The notes: generated by a model from the letters alone, not told the origin. A stretch of 64,000 bases of DNA from a bacterium (GCA_021791415.1 JAJYWQ010000041.1:5348-69347); one strand, 5' to 3'. Positions 1-9,730 are shown, numbered from the stretch's first letter. Numbers and translations are program-made.

Positions 1-610
1 CCAGCATGTGGGTGACCACCAGGATGGCCTGGCCCGCGCGGCGCCAGCTGTCCACGTGGTCCCAGAAGTTGACGTACACGCCGTGGTCGAATCCCTGGTA
101 GGGCTCGTCGAGGAGGAGGACGGTTGGGCGGCCGAGCAGAGCCAGTGCTAGGTTGAGCTTCTGGCGGGTGCCACCTGAGAGCTGGCCGGCGACGGCTCGC
201 TCCGCGGCGGGAAAGCCGAACGAACCGAGGATCCGCCGCCCCTCCGCCACCGCCTCCGCCCGGGTCAGGCCGCGCCCGGCGCCGAAGTAGGCCAGGTGTT
301 CGTCGGCCGTCAGCCGGTCGAAGAGTCCGGGTTGCTGCGGGCAGTAGCCGAGTCGGCCCGTGATTCTCACCCTGCCCCGGTCGGGGGCAACCAGCCCGGC
401 GCATATGCGCAGGAGCGTTGTCTTCCCGCACCCGTTCTCGCCGACCAGTCCCACCACCTCGCCGGGCCACACACTGAGGTCGACCCCGCGAAGGACCACC
501 TTCCCGCCGAAGCGCTTCTCCAATCCTTCGACCTGGAGGGCAGCCCGCTCCTGGGAGACTGGCGACTCCCATTGGGACGGGGCGCGGGAGTCGAACGGGT
601 CGGCTCTCAT
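1..610 (-). CDS. ABC transporter ATP-binding protein (C-terminal part runs off the window edge)
   Basis: Reverse translation from ATG (complement of 608-610) gives MRADPF...LQVEGLEKRFGGKVVLRGVDLSVWPGEVVGLVGENGCGKTTLL (Walker A), then QLSGGTRQKLNLALALLGRPTVLLLDEP (ABC signature + Walker B). Absent from ORF track because no stop lies inside the window. Confidence 0.85.
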   Translation of the reverse strand, partial: MRADPFDSRAPSQWESPVSQERAALQVEGLEKRFGGKVVLRGVDLSVWPGEVVGLVGENGCGKTTLLRICAGLVAPDRGRVRITGRLGYCPQQPGLFDRLTADEHLAYFGAGRGLTRAEAVAEGRRILGSFGFPAAERAVAGQLSGGTRQKLNLALALLGRPTVLLLDEPYQGFDHGVYVNFWDHVDSWRRAGQAILVVTHML

Positions 611-1045
611 GCTTGGTCCATTCTGCCACTAGATCCCCCGGTCTCGGCTGCCTGCGCCGGCGCTCTGATCGCCCAATTGCGGCATCCGCCCGGAAGGTGC
701 CGCGACCACGCCCAGGTGGGCCTCCGGACAACTGGCCCGCCCCCGTTCGGCATGGCGGCGCGGGTGGACGACGTCACCGAGGTCGGGCACTCCGTCAGCG
801 CCCTTTGACGGGGACCTTCCGCCGAGGGGATCCCAGGACTTCGGTTGTGGATTCGCCAGCGGTTGGGCTGCGGCGGGCGCCGGTCTACCGAAACGGCCAC
901 CTGCCAGGGTCTGGGGCCGGCTGCCGCCTGCTGATGTGCCCATCGGCCCGCCTGCCATCGAGACGGGCAACTCGGACTTGCCGGTTCGCCCACCCGGCCA
1001 CCTCCTCTGGGCCGAGCTCGACCCTTGGTCTGAGATACTCCGCGG

Positions 1046-1480
1046 GTGCCGGATTCCGAGATCCAACAGGAGGTGGTGGGCTCAGCCCCGGGCGCTGGCC
1101 TCAGCCTCCACCACGTGCAGCTGGCGATGCCCGCCGGGGGGGAGGAGGCGGCGCGGCGCTTCTACCAAGACCTGCTCGGCTTGAGGGAGGTGGAGAAGCC
1201 ACCGGTCCTGCGGGGACGTGGAGGCGCGTGGTTCCGCGGGCCCGCCCTGGAGGTCCACCTGGGGGTCGAGCAGGAGTTCATGCCCGCGCGCAAGGCCCAC
1301 CCGGGCTTCCTCACCGACGCGTTGGACAGGATGGCGGCACGGCTGACGGAAGCCGGAGTCGATGTCTTGTGGGACGGGGACTTCCCCGGTTTCCGGCGCT
1401 TTTACGCCCACGATCCCTTCGGCAACCGGCTGGAGTTCCTCGAGCGGGAGGCTTCTGTCCGGCAGCCGCAGCGGGGCTGA
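1046..1480 (+). CDS. VOC/glyoxalase-bleomycin resistance family protein
   Basis: LHHVQLAMPAGGEEAARRFYQDLLGL...FYAHDPFGNRLEFLE is typical of the VOC fold. True start may be the GTG at 1073/1076 just after GGAGG. Confidence 0.7.
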   Translation: MPDSEIQQEVVGSAPGAGLSLHHVQLAMPAGGEEAARRFYQDLLGLREVEKPPVLRGRGGAWFRGPALEVHLGVEQEFMPARKAHPGFLTDALDRMAARLTEAGVDVLWDGDFPGFRRFYAHDPFGNRLEFLEREASVRQPQRG

Positions 1481-1514
1481 GCGGTTCAGCATGGCGCCGT
1501 ATGGCTGATCCACG

Positions 1515-2939
1515 GTGACCGGGGCCACGGGCGTGGCGTCCTTGGGGCTGGACGAGTTGTTCCGGCGCTTCGCGGAGGGGGCTGGGATCCCAGGGCTGGC
1601 TTTCGGGGTGGTCGCCGGGGGACGGCTGGTGCTCCAGGGCCGATCCGGGATGGCCGACCAGGCGGGCGGGCGCGCTGTGGAGGATGGCACCGCGTTTCGG
1701 ATCGCCTCGATGACCAAGAGCCTCACCGCGGCGTGCGTCCTCACTCTCCGCGACCAGGGCCTGCTGGAGCTGGACGACCCCCTCGAGCGGCACCTTCCGG
1801 AGGCTGCGGCCCTGGCCGCCGAGGGTGCGGATGACCCGCGGATCACCGTTAGGCACCTGCTTACCATGACCGCAGGCCTTGTCGAGGACGACCCTTGGGC
1901 GGACCGTCAGCTGGCGCTTCCCGACGGGGAGCTTCTCCGCCTCCTGCAGGGTGGCGTGGCCCTCACCCGCAGGCCCGGAGAGGCCTTCGAGTACTCCAAT
2001 CTGGGCTACGCCCTTTTGGGGCAGGTGGCCCAAAGGGTCTCAGGGGAGCCACTGGCCGAACTAGCTCGCGAGGTGCTCCTGCAGCCCCTGGGGATGCGCG
2101 ACTCCGCGTTCGCCTTCACCAGCCTCCCGGAGGCCAGGAGGGCGCGCGGCTACCGCCGGGAAGGGCCCGAGTACGTGGAGGAGCACCCGTTGGAGGACGG
2201 GGCCTTCGGGGCCATGGGCGGGCTGTGGACAACGGTGGAGGACTTCGCCAGATACGTCGGCTTTCAGCTTTCGGCCTGGGAGCCAGCCGAGGCGCCGCCG
2301 CCGTTGCTCCGGTCGTCCTCGCGCCGGGAGATGCAGCGGGGCCACATAGTGGTTCCGCCGCGGGACCACCCGGCTCCCGGGGGGGGGCCCTCGGGGTACG
2401 GACTGGGGCTGTTCGTGGCGGAGTCGCCTCATCTGGGGAGGGTGGTCTACCACGGAGGTGGTCTGCCGGGGTTCGGTTCCCATGTGCAGTGGCTTCCCCG
2501 CCATGGCGTCGGGGTGTTCGCCTTCAGCAATCTCACCTACGCGCCGCTCGCTCGACCGGTGTTCGAGGCCCTGGAGCGGGTGGTGGGGGCGGTGCCGGCA
2601 GCCGCCACTGAGCCAACTCCGGAGTGGTCCTGGATCCAGGAGAGGGTCAGCGCCCTGTACGAGGGAGGCGGCTCAGGCGCCTGGGCAGAGCTGGCGGCCG
2701 ACAACCTGCTGCTGGACCGTCCGGCTGCGCGCCGGGCGGAGGAGCTGCGCGATCTGCGCCATCGACTCGGTCCCGTGCTCCTGGTGGCACCGCCGGTGCT
2801 CAGTGGCAGGCTGCGCGCCACCTGGAGGCTCAGGTGCGCGGGGGGCGAGGTGGAGGTGGAGTGCTGGCTGGCGCCACCCCGCCCTGCCCGTGTCCAGGTG
2901 CTCCGCTTCCGAGCCGTGGAGTCGCCGGAGCCGGCCTGA
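1515..2939 (+). CDS. Serine hydrolase, class C beta-lactamase/esterase family
   Basis: SxxK motif (ASMTKS) and YxN motif (YSNLGY); 474 aa. Confidence 0.8.
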   Translation: MTGATGVASLGLDELFRRFAEGAGIPGLAFGVVAGGRLVLQGRSGMADQAGGRAVEDGTAFRIASMTKSLTAACVLTLRDQGLLELDDPLERHLPEAAALAAEGADDPRITVRHLLTMTAGLVEDDPWADRQLALPDGELLRLLQGGVALTRRPGEAFEYSNLGYALLGQVAQRVSGEPLAELAREVLLQPLGMRDSAFAFTSLPEARRARGYRREGPEYVEEHPLEDGAFGAMGGLWTTVEDFARYVGFQLSAWEPAEAPPPLLRSSSRREMQRGHIVVPPRDHPAPGGGPSGYGLGLFVAESPHLGRVVYHGGGLPGFGSHVQWLPRHGVGVFAFSNLTYAPLARPVFEALERVVGAVPAAATEPTPEWSWIQERVSALYEGGGSGAWAELAADNLLLDRPAARRAEELRDLRHRLGPVLLVAPPVLSGRLRATWRLRCAGGEVEVECWLAPPRPARVQVLRFRAVESPEPA

Positions 2940-2991
2940 CCCAGTCCTCCGGTCCGTCCAAACGTGGCTCCGCCACCAGGCCCACCCTAAA

Positions 2992-5148
2992 ATGGCTGAA
3001 TTGAGCACCCAGTTCGCTGACCTCGCCGCCCGGCTGGACTACCTGGGGGATGCCGAGGTCGCCACGGTGGAGCGCGCCTACCTGTTGGCGGAGCGCGCCC
3101 ACGAGGGGCAGCTGCGGCTCTCCGGAGAGCCGTATATCACCCACCCCCTGGCGGTCGCGGTCCAGCTCGCCGAGATGCACCTCGACCCGGATGCCCTGGC
3201 CGCCGCCCTCCTCCACGACGTCGTGGAGGACACGCAAGTCAGCTCGGAGCAGATCCGCGAGGAGTTCGGAGAGTCGGTGGAGCGGCTGGTGCAGGGGGTC
3301 ACCAAGCTGGGGCGGATCAAGCTGCATTCCCAGGCCCAGGTCCAGGCCGAGAACATCCGCAAGATGTTGATCGCCATGGCTGAGGACCTGCGCGTGGTCC
3401 TCATCAAACTGGCCGACCGGCTGCACAACATGCGCACCATCGCCCCTCTGCCCGAGGAGCGCCGGCGCCGGATCGCCCAGGAGACCATGGACATCTACGC
3501 CCCCCTCGCCCATCGCCTGGGGATGGGCCAGGTGAAGGCGGAGCTGGAAGACCTCGCCTTCTCGGTTCTCGACCATGACAACTACGAGAGGGTGCGCCAG
3601 GAGATCCTCTCCCAGCGTCGTCAGCGGGAGACCGCCCTGGAGCTGGCCCGTGAGCGCCTGCTCCAGGAGCTGGAGGCCAATGGGCTGGCCGCCGAGGTGG
3701 CCGGGCGCCCCAAGAACATCACCAGCGTCTACCGCAAGATGCAGCAGGGAGGGCGCTCCATCGGGGAGATCTACGATCTGGTGGCCCTTCGGGTCATCTG
3801 CGAGGATGTCCGTTCCTGCTACGGCGCCCTCGGGGTGGTGCATTCGCTCTGGAAGCCGATCCCCGGGCGTTTCAAGGACTACATAGCCATGCCCAAGGGC
3901 AACGGCTACCAGTCCCTGCACACCACGGTGGTGGGGGAGGCCGGGGAGCCGGTGGAGATCCAGATCCGCACTCGCGAGATGCACCGCACCGCCGAGGAGG
4001 GGATCGCCGCCCACTGGCACTACAAGGAGGGAACGCCGGCCGACCAGCGCCTCGACGCCGGCTTCGGCTGGCTGCGCTCGCTGCTGGAGTGGCAGAAGGA
4101 GGTGCTGGACGCCGAGCGCTTCGTGGAGCACGTCCGGCTCGACGTTTTCCAGGACGAGGTCTTCGTCTTCACCCCCAAGGGGGACGTCCTCTCCCTGCCC
4201 GCGGGGTCCACTGCCATCGACTTCGCCTACCGGATCCACACCGACGTGGGCCACCGCTGCCTGGGGGCCAAGGCCAACTCGCGCATGGTGCCCCTGGACT
4301 ACCGCCTCCAGAACGGGGACATCGTGGAGATCCTGACCACGAGGTCGGAGCGCCATGGCCCCAGCCGCGACTGGCTCAACTTCGCCCGCACCAGCAGTGC
4401 GCGGGAGAAGATCCGCCAGTGGTTCAAGCGGGAGCGGCGGGAGGAGAACGTCGCCCGGGGCCGCGAGCTCCTGGACCGAGAGCTGCGTCGGATGCGTGGC
4501 GCCCAGCTGCAGTCCATACCCGCGGCCCGCCTCCAGGAGCTGGCTCGCGAGTTCCGCATACCTGAGCTTCCCGACTTCTTCGCCGCCCTGGGGTATGGCG
4601 AGCTGTCCGCGCGGCAGGTGGTTCTGCGCTGGGCGGCCGGGGAGGAGGCGGGGACTCAGCCCGCCTCCGGCCCGGCGATTCCCCTGGTCTCGCGCCCCAG
4701 CCCCAGCGGGGGGGTCAGGGTGGCCGGGCTCACCGACCTCCTCACCACCGTCGCCCGCTGCTGCAAGCCGGTGCCCGGAGAGCCCATCCGCGGCTATGTC
4801 ACCCGGGGGCGAGGCGTCTCGGTCCACCGCGCCGACTGCGCGAACGTGATCCACGCAGCCGACCCCCGGCGCCTGGTGGAGGTCGAGTGGGACCGAGACA
4901 GCAACCAGGTGTATCCCGTCCGGCTCCGGATCGAGGGGCGGGACCGGACCGGGCTGCTCCGCGACGTGGCCACCGCCATCGCCGAGAGCAAGGTCAACCT
5001 CAGCGGGGCGGCCGTCGAGGTGGAGGGGCGCAACCAGGCGGTGATCTCCACCGTGGTCGAGGTAACCAGCCTCACCGAGCTCAGCCGGCTCCTGGAGCGG
5101 CTGGAAGGGGTGCGCGACGTGCTGCAGGTGATCCGGGAGGCCGGGTGA
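2992..5148 (+). CDS. rel: Bifunctional (p)ppGpp synthetase/hydrolase Rel (RelA/SpoT family)
   Basis: HD hydrolase motifs (HPLAVA, LLHDVVEDT, DRLHNMRT), RelA_SpoT synthetase core (YRKMQ...GYQSLHTTV), TGS and C-terminal ACT-like regions. ATG at 2992 chosen; the upstream part of the track ORF overlaps the previous gene. Confidence 0.95.
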   Translation: MAELSTQFADLAARLDYLGDAEVATVERAYLLAERAHEGQLRLSGEPYITHPLAVAVQLAEMHLDPDALAAALLHDVVEDTQVSSEQIREEFGESVERLVQGVTKLGRIKLHSQAQVQAENIRKMLIAMAEDLRVVLIKLADRLHNMRTIAPLPEERRRRIAQETMDIYAPLAHRLGMGQVKAELEDLAFSVLDHDNYERVRQEILSQRRQRETALELARERLLQELEANGLAAEVAGRPKNITSVYRKMQQGGRSIGEIYDLVALRVICEDVRSCYGALGVVHSLWKPIPGRFKDYIAMPKGNGYQSLHTTVVGEAGEPVEIQIRTREMHRTAEEGIAAHWHYKEGTPADQRLDAGFGWLRSLLEWQKEVLDAERFVEHVRLDVFQDEVFVFTPKGDVLSLPAGSTAIDFAYRIHTDVGHRCLGAKANSRMVPLDYRLQNGDIVEILTTRSERHGPSRDWLNFARTSSAREKIRQWFKRERREENVARGRELLDRELRRMRGAQLQSIPAARLQELAREFRIPELPDFFAALGYGELSARQVVLRWAAGEEAGTQPASGPAIPLVSRPSPSGGVRVAGLTDLLTTVARCCKPVPGEPIRGYVTRGRGVSVHRADCANVIHAADPRRLVEVEWDRDSNQVYPVRLRIEGRDRTGLLRDVATAIAESKVNLSGAAVEVEGRNQAVISTVVEVTSLTELSRLLERLEGVRDVLQVIREAG

Positions 5149-5183
5149 TGGCCAACTGCAAGCCCGGTAGACTGGCCTAGGCA

Positions 5184-6464
5184 GTGGCTGGAATCTCACG
5201 ACCCCGGGGCACGGAGGACCTGCTGCCCGAGCCCTTGGCGCGCCTCAACCGGGTGCTGGCGGCTGGGCTCCAGGTGGCCGAGGCCCACGGTTACCGGCAG
5301 ATCGAGACGCCCATCTTCGAGTCCACTGACCTCTTCGTCCGAGGGGTCGGGGAGAGCACCGACGTGGTCACCCGCGAGATGTACACCTTCGCCGACCGGG
5401 GCGGGCGATCTTTGACCCTCCGGCCCGAGGGTACGGCGCCCGTGGTCCGAGCCTTCTGGGAATCCTCGCTGCGCCAGGACCCGCTTCCGGTGCGGATCTC
5501 GTACGCCGGCCCCATGTTCCGCTACGACCGGCCCGGGAAGGGCCGCTATCGCGAGTTCCACCAGTTCGGCGTCGAGGTCCTCGGGGAGTCGGAGCCGGAG
5601 GTGGACGCCGAGGTCATCGGGCTGGCCTGGAGGTGGCTGGAGCGGCTGGGGATCAGCGGAACCAGCCTGCAGCTGAACTCGCTCGGTGACCGCGAGTGCC
5701 GCCCCGCCTACCGGGCGGCGCTGCTGGAGTTCTTCGAGCCCCAGATGGCGGCGCTGCCCGAGCTCGACCGGGACCGCCTCCGGCGCAATCCGCTGCGGGT
5801 CTTGGACAGCAAGGAGCTGGCCGACGAGGGGATCCTGGACCGGGCCCCGAGGACGGTGGACCACCTCTGCTCCGGCTGCCGGCAGGCGTTCGAGCGAGTC
5901 CAGGAGGCCCTGGCGGCGCTGGGAATCCCCTTCGCCGTCAATCACCGCCTGGTGCGCGGCCTGGACTACTACGCTCGGACCGCCTTCGAGGTCTGGCACC
6001 AGGAGCTGGCCGGGGCCCAGAACGCGCTCTTCGGTGGGGGCCGCTACGACGGGCTGTCGGAGCTCTTGGGGTATCCGCCCCTCCCGGGGGTGGGCTTCGC
6101 CGCCGGGCTGGAGAGGGTGTCCATGATCTCCGCTCCGGCGCCGGCGCCTGGGGGCCCGGAGGTAGCGGTCCTCAGCGCGCCCCCGGCTGACCGCAGGGCG
6201 GCCGTGGCCCTGGCGGACCGCCTTCGCGGAGCGGGGCTGGCGGTGCTGCTGGACGCCGGGGTCCGGGGGCTGCGGGCCAAGCTCTCCTTCGCCGAGCGCT
6301 CGGGGGTACGGTTGGCGCTGATCCTGGGTGAATCCGAGATCAGGGAGGGCACGGTGACCGTCCGCGGGATGGCCGGTCGCACCCAGACCAGTGTTCCGCT
6401 GGACGGGCTGGATGGGCGCCTCAGGGATCTGCTGAGCAGTAGTGATCCGGCCGAGGAGGGGTGA
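5184..6464 (+). CDS. hisS: Histidine--tRNA ligase
   Basis: RGTEDLLP, class II motif 2 (FRYDRPGKGRYREFHQFGVEVLG), GGGRYDGL. Confidence 0.95.
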   Translation: MAGISRPRGTEDLLPEPLARLNRVLAAGLQVAEAHGYRQIETPIFESTDLFVRGVGESTDVVTREMYTFADRGGRSLTLRPEGTAPVVRAFWESSLRQDPLPVRISYAGPMFRYDRPGKGRYREFHQFGVEVLGESEPEVDAEVIGLAWRWLERLGISGTSLQLNSLGDRECRPAYRAALLEFFEPQMAALPELDRDRLRRNPLRVLDSKELADEGILDRAPRTVDHLCSGCRQAFERVQEALAALGIPFAVNHRLVRGLDYYARTAFEVWHQELAGAQNALFGGGRYDGLSELLGYPPLPGVGFAAGLERVSMISAPAPAPGGPEVAVLSAPPADRRAAVALADRLRGAGLAVLLDAGVRGLRAKLSFAERSGVRLALILGESEIREGTVTVRGMAGRTQTSVPLDGLDGRLRDLLSSSDPAEEG

Positions 6465-6465
6465 G

Positions 6466-8241
6466 GTGAAGGGCAGAACTATGTGTGGGGCGCCCTCGGC
6501 CGCCGACGCGGGCCGCCGGGTGATCCTGGCGGGGTGGGTGAACCACCGCCGCGACCACGGCGGGCTCACCTTCATTGACCTGAGGGACCACACCGGGGTG
6601 GTCCAGCTCACCTTCAACCCGGAGACGGCCGGAGAGGCGAAGCTGGTTGCCGAGCGCTGCCGCCTGGAGTGGGTGATCCGGGTGGAGGGGGTGGTGGCCC
6701 GGAGGCCCGAGGGAAGTGAGAACCCCAACCTCCCGACCGGCGAGGTCGAGGTGAGGGTGGACCGCTGCGAGGTCCTCGCCCAGGCCCAGGCGATGCCCCT
6801 TGGGGTTGGAGACGAGGCGGTGGCGGAGGAGCGGGTCCGGCTCCAGTACCGCTACCTGGACCTGCGCCGGCCGAGGATGCAGCGCAACCTGCGGGCCCGC
6901 CACCGCTTCATCAAGTCGCTGCGAGACGCCGGCGACCGCCTCGGCTTCGTGGAGCTCGAGACCCCCACCATGGTCCCCAGCACCCCCGAGGGGGCTCGCG
7001 ACTTCCTCATCCCCAGCCGGCTGTGGCCCGGCCATGTCTGGGCGCTGCCACAGTCACCTCAGCTCTACAAGCAGCTCTCCATGGTGGGTGGCTTCGACCG
7101 CTACCTGCAGATCGCCCGCTGCTGGCGGGACGAGGACCTTCGCGCCGACCGCCAGTTCGAGTTCACCCAGCTCGACCTGGAGATGTCCTTCGTGGAGGAG
7201 GAGGAGGTCTACTCGGTGCTGGAGGAGATGGTGTCGACCGCCTGGGAGGCTGCCTTTGAGGTGACGCCGTCCACTCCCTGGCCGCGCCTCCCCTTCGCCG
7301 AGGCGATGCGCAGGTACGGCTCCGACAAGCCCGACACCCGCTTCGGCAACGAGCTCTGCGAGGTCTCGCAGGTGTTCGCCGCCAGCGAGTTCCAGGTCTT
7401 TCGCCGGGCGCTGGACCAGGGGGGCGCGGTGGTGGCCCTGCGCGTCCCCGAGGGGGCTCAGCTGACCCGGGGGGAGCTGGAGGGCGCCTTCCTGGAGGTG
7501 GCCCGGACCTACGGCGCCCAGGGACTGGCGTACTGCTGGCAGCGCGACAGTGACCTCGAGGGCGGCATCGCCAAGTTCTTCAGCGAGGCCGAGGCGGACC
7601 GCCTCCGCCAGGAGTTGGGGCTGACCGCCGGTGATCTGGTGCTGTTCACAGCGGGCCCACGGCAGACGGCGCTGGTGTCCCTGGGGCAGGTGCGGCTGCA
7701 CGCGGCGCGCCGGCTGGGGTGGATCCCTGAGGGGCGGTTCGACTTCCTCTGGGTCACTGAGTTCCCCCTCTTCGAGCGCGACGCCAGAACCGGTGAGGTG
7801 TCCCCCATGCACCACCCCTTCACCCAGCCCCACCCGGACGACTGGGGGCTTCTGCGCACCGAGCCGGAGAAGGTCCGCTCGCGCGCCTATGACATCGTCT
7901 GCAATGGGGTGGAGTTGGGCTCGGGCTCCCTGCGCATCACGGACCCCCGCCAGCAGGCGGAGATATTCTCGGTGCTTGGCCTCAGCGAAGCCGAGGTGGC
8001 GACCAAGTTCGGCTTTCTCATCGAGGCCTTTCGCTACGGGCCTCCGCCCCACGGGGGGTTCGCCGCCGGCATCGACCGGATGGTGATGGTGGGGCTGGGG
8101 GAGAGCTCCATCCGCGAGGTGATCGCCTTTCCCAAGACCCAGACGGGGGCCGACCCCATGACGGGCGCCCCCACCCGGGTGGCGGAGGCCCAGCTGGCCG
8201 AGGTGGGGCTGAGGCTGGCGGCGCCTCCGCCTCCCGGCTGA
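6466..8241 (+). CDS. aspS: Aspartate--tRNA ligase
   Basis: GWVNHRRDHGGLTFIDLRD, QSPQLYKQL, FEFTQLDLEMSF, GGFAAGIDRM. GTG 6466 preferred (GAGGAGG 6 nt upstream; gives MKGRTMCG...); track ORF starts at 6442. Confidence 0.95.
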   Translation: MKGRTMCGAPSAADAGRRVILAGWVNHRRDHGGLTFIDLRDHTGVVQLTFNPETAGEAKLVAERCRLEWVIRVEGVVARRPEGSENPNLPTGEVEVRVDRCEVLAQAQAMPLGVGDEAVAEERVRLQYRYLDLRRPRMQRNLRARHRFIKSLRDAGDRLGFVELETPTMVPSTPEGARDFLIPSRLWPGHVWALPQSPQLYKQLSMVGGFDRYLQIARCWRDEDLRADRQFEFTQLDLEMSFVEEEEVYSVLEEMVSTAWEAAFEVTPSTPWPRLPFAEAMRRYGSDKPDTRFGNELCEVSQVFAASEFQVFRRALDQGGAVVALRVPEGAQLTRGELEGAFLEVARTYGAQGLAYCWQRDSDLEGGIAKFFSEAEADRLRQELGLTAGDLVLFTAGPRQTALVSLGQVRLHAARRLGWIPEGRFDFLWVTEFPLFERDARTGEVSPMHHPFTQPHPDDWGLLRTEPEKVRSRAYDIVCNGVELGSGSLRITDPRQQAEIFSVLGLSEAEVATKFGFLIEAFRYGPPPHGGFAAGIDRMVMVGLGESSIREVIAFPKTQTGADPMTGAPTRVAEAQLAEVGLRLAAPPPPG

Positions 8242-8443
8242 GTCTCCGGTCATCTGCTACCGTGGAGACGGCCCGGGGCCCCGCCGAATGCCAGCGCCCG
8301 ACCCTAGTGATGAATTTCCCGGGAGCGCCAACAGAGCTGGTGGCCCACAAGCCTCCTTGGGAGGAAGTGGAAAGCCGCGTGCGGCGCACCCACCTGGTGG
8401 TGCAGGGATCGGAACCAGGCCGGCGGGTCGCCCTGGGCCCTTG

Positions 8444-8470
8444 GGTTTGGCCTGCTCGCCAACGGGGGAT
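8444..8470 (+). promoter_or_regulatory. Candidate SigB/SigF-type promoter (GGTTTGG-N14-GGGGAT) in front of the anti-sigma/sigma operon
   Basis: -35 GTTTGG (8445-8450), 14-nt spacer, -10 GGGGAT (8465-8470). Resembles GTTT-N12-15-GGGTAT of B. subtilis SigB / M. tuberculosis SigF promoters. Start codons GTG 8479 / ATG 8482 lie 9-12 nt downstream. Confidence 0.3.
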
Positions 8471-8478
8471 GTATTGAG

Positions 8479-8907
8479 GTGATGAGCACAGCGTCAGCCT
8501 CGCAGACCGAGCTGCGGATCCCCGCAGACCCCCAGTACATCGTGGTGGCCAAGCGGGCGGCGGCGGGGATGGCCAGCGTGGCCGGACTGGGGGTGGAGGC
8601 GCTCGAGGAGCTCAACATCGCCATCGCCGAGGCCTGTGAGCACACCATCGGGGCGGCGCTGGCCGCGGGGCTCAGGGACGCCCGGGTGCGCATCGCCTTT
8701 GACGTCCAGGAGGACGCCCTGCGAGTGGATGTGCGCCTCCTGCACAGCCGCGGTGAGCCGGTCCCGGCAGCCTCCGGGACCCGGGATCAGCGGGAGGCGC
8801 TGGACCTGGCCATTCACATGCTTCGCTGCTTCGCCGACGATGTCGACTTCCAGGCGGTGGGGAGCGGGCTTCTGCACGTCCGTCTGGCCAAGTATCGACT
8901 GCGGTGA
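8479..8907 (+). CDS. Anti-sigma factor, RsbW/SpoIIAB/UsfX-like (HATPase-like fold, kinase motifs not evident)
   Basis: ELRIPADPQYIVVAKRAAAGMA...LNIAIAEACEHTIG...RVRIAFDVQEDALRVDVRL matches the RsbW layout. 4-nt overlap with the sigma gene. N-box Asn and the DxGxG box are not visible. Confidence 0.65.
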   Translation: MMSTASASQTELRIPADPQYIVVAKRAAAGMASVAGLGVEALEELNIAIAEACEHTIGAALAAGLRDARVRIAFDVQEDALRVDVRLLHSRGEPVPAASGTRDQREALDLAIHMLRCFADDVDFQAVGSGLLHVRLAKYRLR

Positions 8908-9680
8908 CCGAGGCGGGCTTCCGCAACAGTCCCACCCGCTTCGACCGCGACCTGCAGCACCGTCTGTTCGAGGAGTACCGCCGCCGCCCCACCCCTGAGG
9001 TGCGGGAGCGGCTGGTGGAGCAGTACCAGGCGCTGGTGCGCTCCCTGGCCCGCCGATTCGCCGGCCGCGGCGAGCCGCTGGAGGACCTGGAGCAGGTGGG
9101 TTTCCTGGGCCTTATCTCGGCCATTGAGCGCTTCGACCCCGGTCTCGGCCTGGAGTTCACCACCTTCGCCACCCCGACCATCTTGGGGGAGATAAAGCGC
9201 TACTTCCGCGACAAGAGTTGGGCTGTCAGGGTCCCCCGCCGGCTCCAGGAGACCTACGCCAAGGTGGTCCGGGTGCAGCAGGAGATGTCCCAGCGGCTGG
9301 GTCGCAGCCCCACGGTGGCGGAGATCGCCCGAGAGCTGGAGCTGGAGCCGGACGAGGTGCTCCAGGCGCTGGAGGCCGGGCCCGCTCACCGCGCCGTGTC
9401 CCTGGACGCGCCGGCCCAGGGTGCCGACGAGGATCAGGAGGTGGGGGACAGGGTGGGCGTCGAGGATCAGAACCTCGACCGCATAGAGCTCCAGAATGTC
9501 CTGGGGACGGCGCTGCGCCACCTGACTCCTCGCGAGCAGGAGATCATGATCCTCCGCTTCGTGGACCAGCTGCCTCAGACCGAGGTGGCCCGCCGGCTGG
9601 GGATCAGCCAGATGCACGTCAGCCGGCTGCAGCGCGCGGCCCTCGACCGCCTGCGCCGGGAGATGCCCCTCGAGGGTTGA
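8904..9680 (+). CDS. RNA polymerase sigma factor, SigB/SigF/SigG group
   Basis: Region 2 (LEDLEQVGFLGLISAIERFDP...FTTFATPTILGEIKRYFRD), region 3, region 4.2 HTH (QTEVARRLGISQMHVSRLQ). Confidence 0.9.
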   Translation: MTEAGFRNSPTRFDRDLQHRLFEEYRRRPTPEVRERLVEQYQALVRSLARRFAGRGEPLEDLEQVGFLGLISAIERFDPGLGLEFTTFATPTILGEIKRYFRDKSWAVRVPRRLQETYAKVVRVQQEMSQRLGRSPTVAEIARELELEPDEVLQALEAGPAHRAVSLDAPAQGADEDQEVGDRVGVEDQNLDRIELQNVLGTALRHLTPREQEIMILRFVDQLPQTEVARRLGISQMHVSRLQRAALDRLRREMPLEG

Positions 9681-9692
9681 ACCCCGGGCGGC

Positions 9693-9701
9693 TGGTAGAA
9701 T
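9693..9701 (+). promoter_or_regulatory. Extended -10-like element TGgTAGAAT upstream of alaS
   Basis: TGGTAGAAT lies 30 nt upstream of the alaS TTG. TAGAAT fits the actinobacterial TAGRRT -10 consensus. Confidence 0.25.
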
Positions 9702-9730
9702 CCAGCCGACCTGCCAGGGATGGGGACCAC

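Noticed and set aside
611-1045. 436-bp divergent intergenic region; looked for a small regulator gene or riboswitch
   Set aside because: All six frames are RGP-rich nonsense, and no recognisable riboswitch core was seen.
2987-2992. TAAAAT hexamer as a promoter for rel
   Set aside because: It overlaps the rel ATG itself, so it cannot serve as the -10 for that start.
2830-5199. 789-aa ORF antisense to rel
   Set aside because: It exactly shadows a well-supported gene on the other strand. The translation is Gly/Pro/Arg/Leu-rich with no motifs. This is the typical stop-codon-poor antisense frame of a high-GC gene.
8262-8477. 71-aa ORF upstream of the anti-sigma gene as a possible RsbV/STAS anti-anti-sigma factor
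   Set aside because: The translation (METARGPAECQRPTLVMNF...) has no STAS features, and codon bias is poor.
9218-9730. 171-aa N-terminal extension of the alaS ORF
   Set aside because: It overlaps the sigma-factor gene in another frame, is RGP-rich, and the conserved AlaRS N-terminus begins at 9731.
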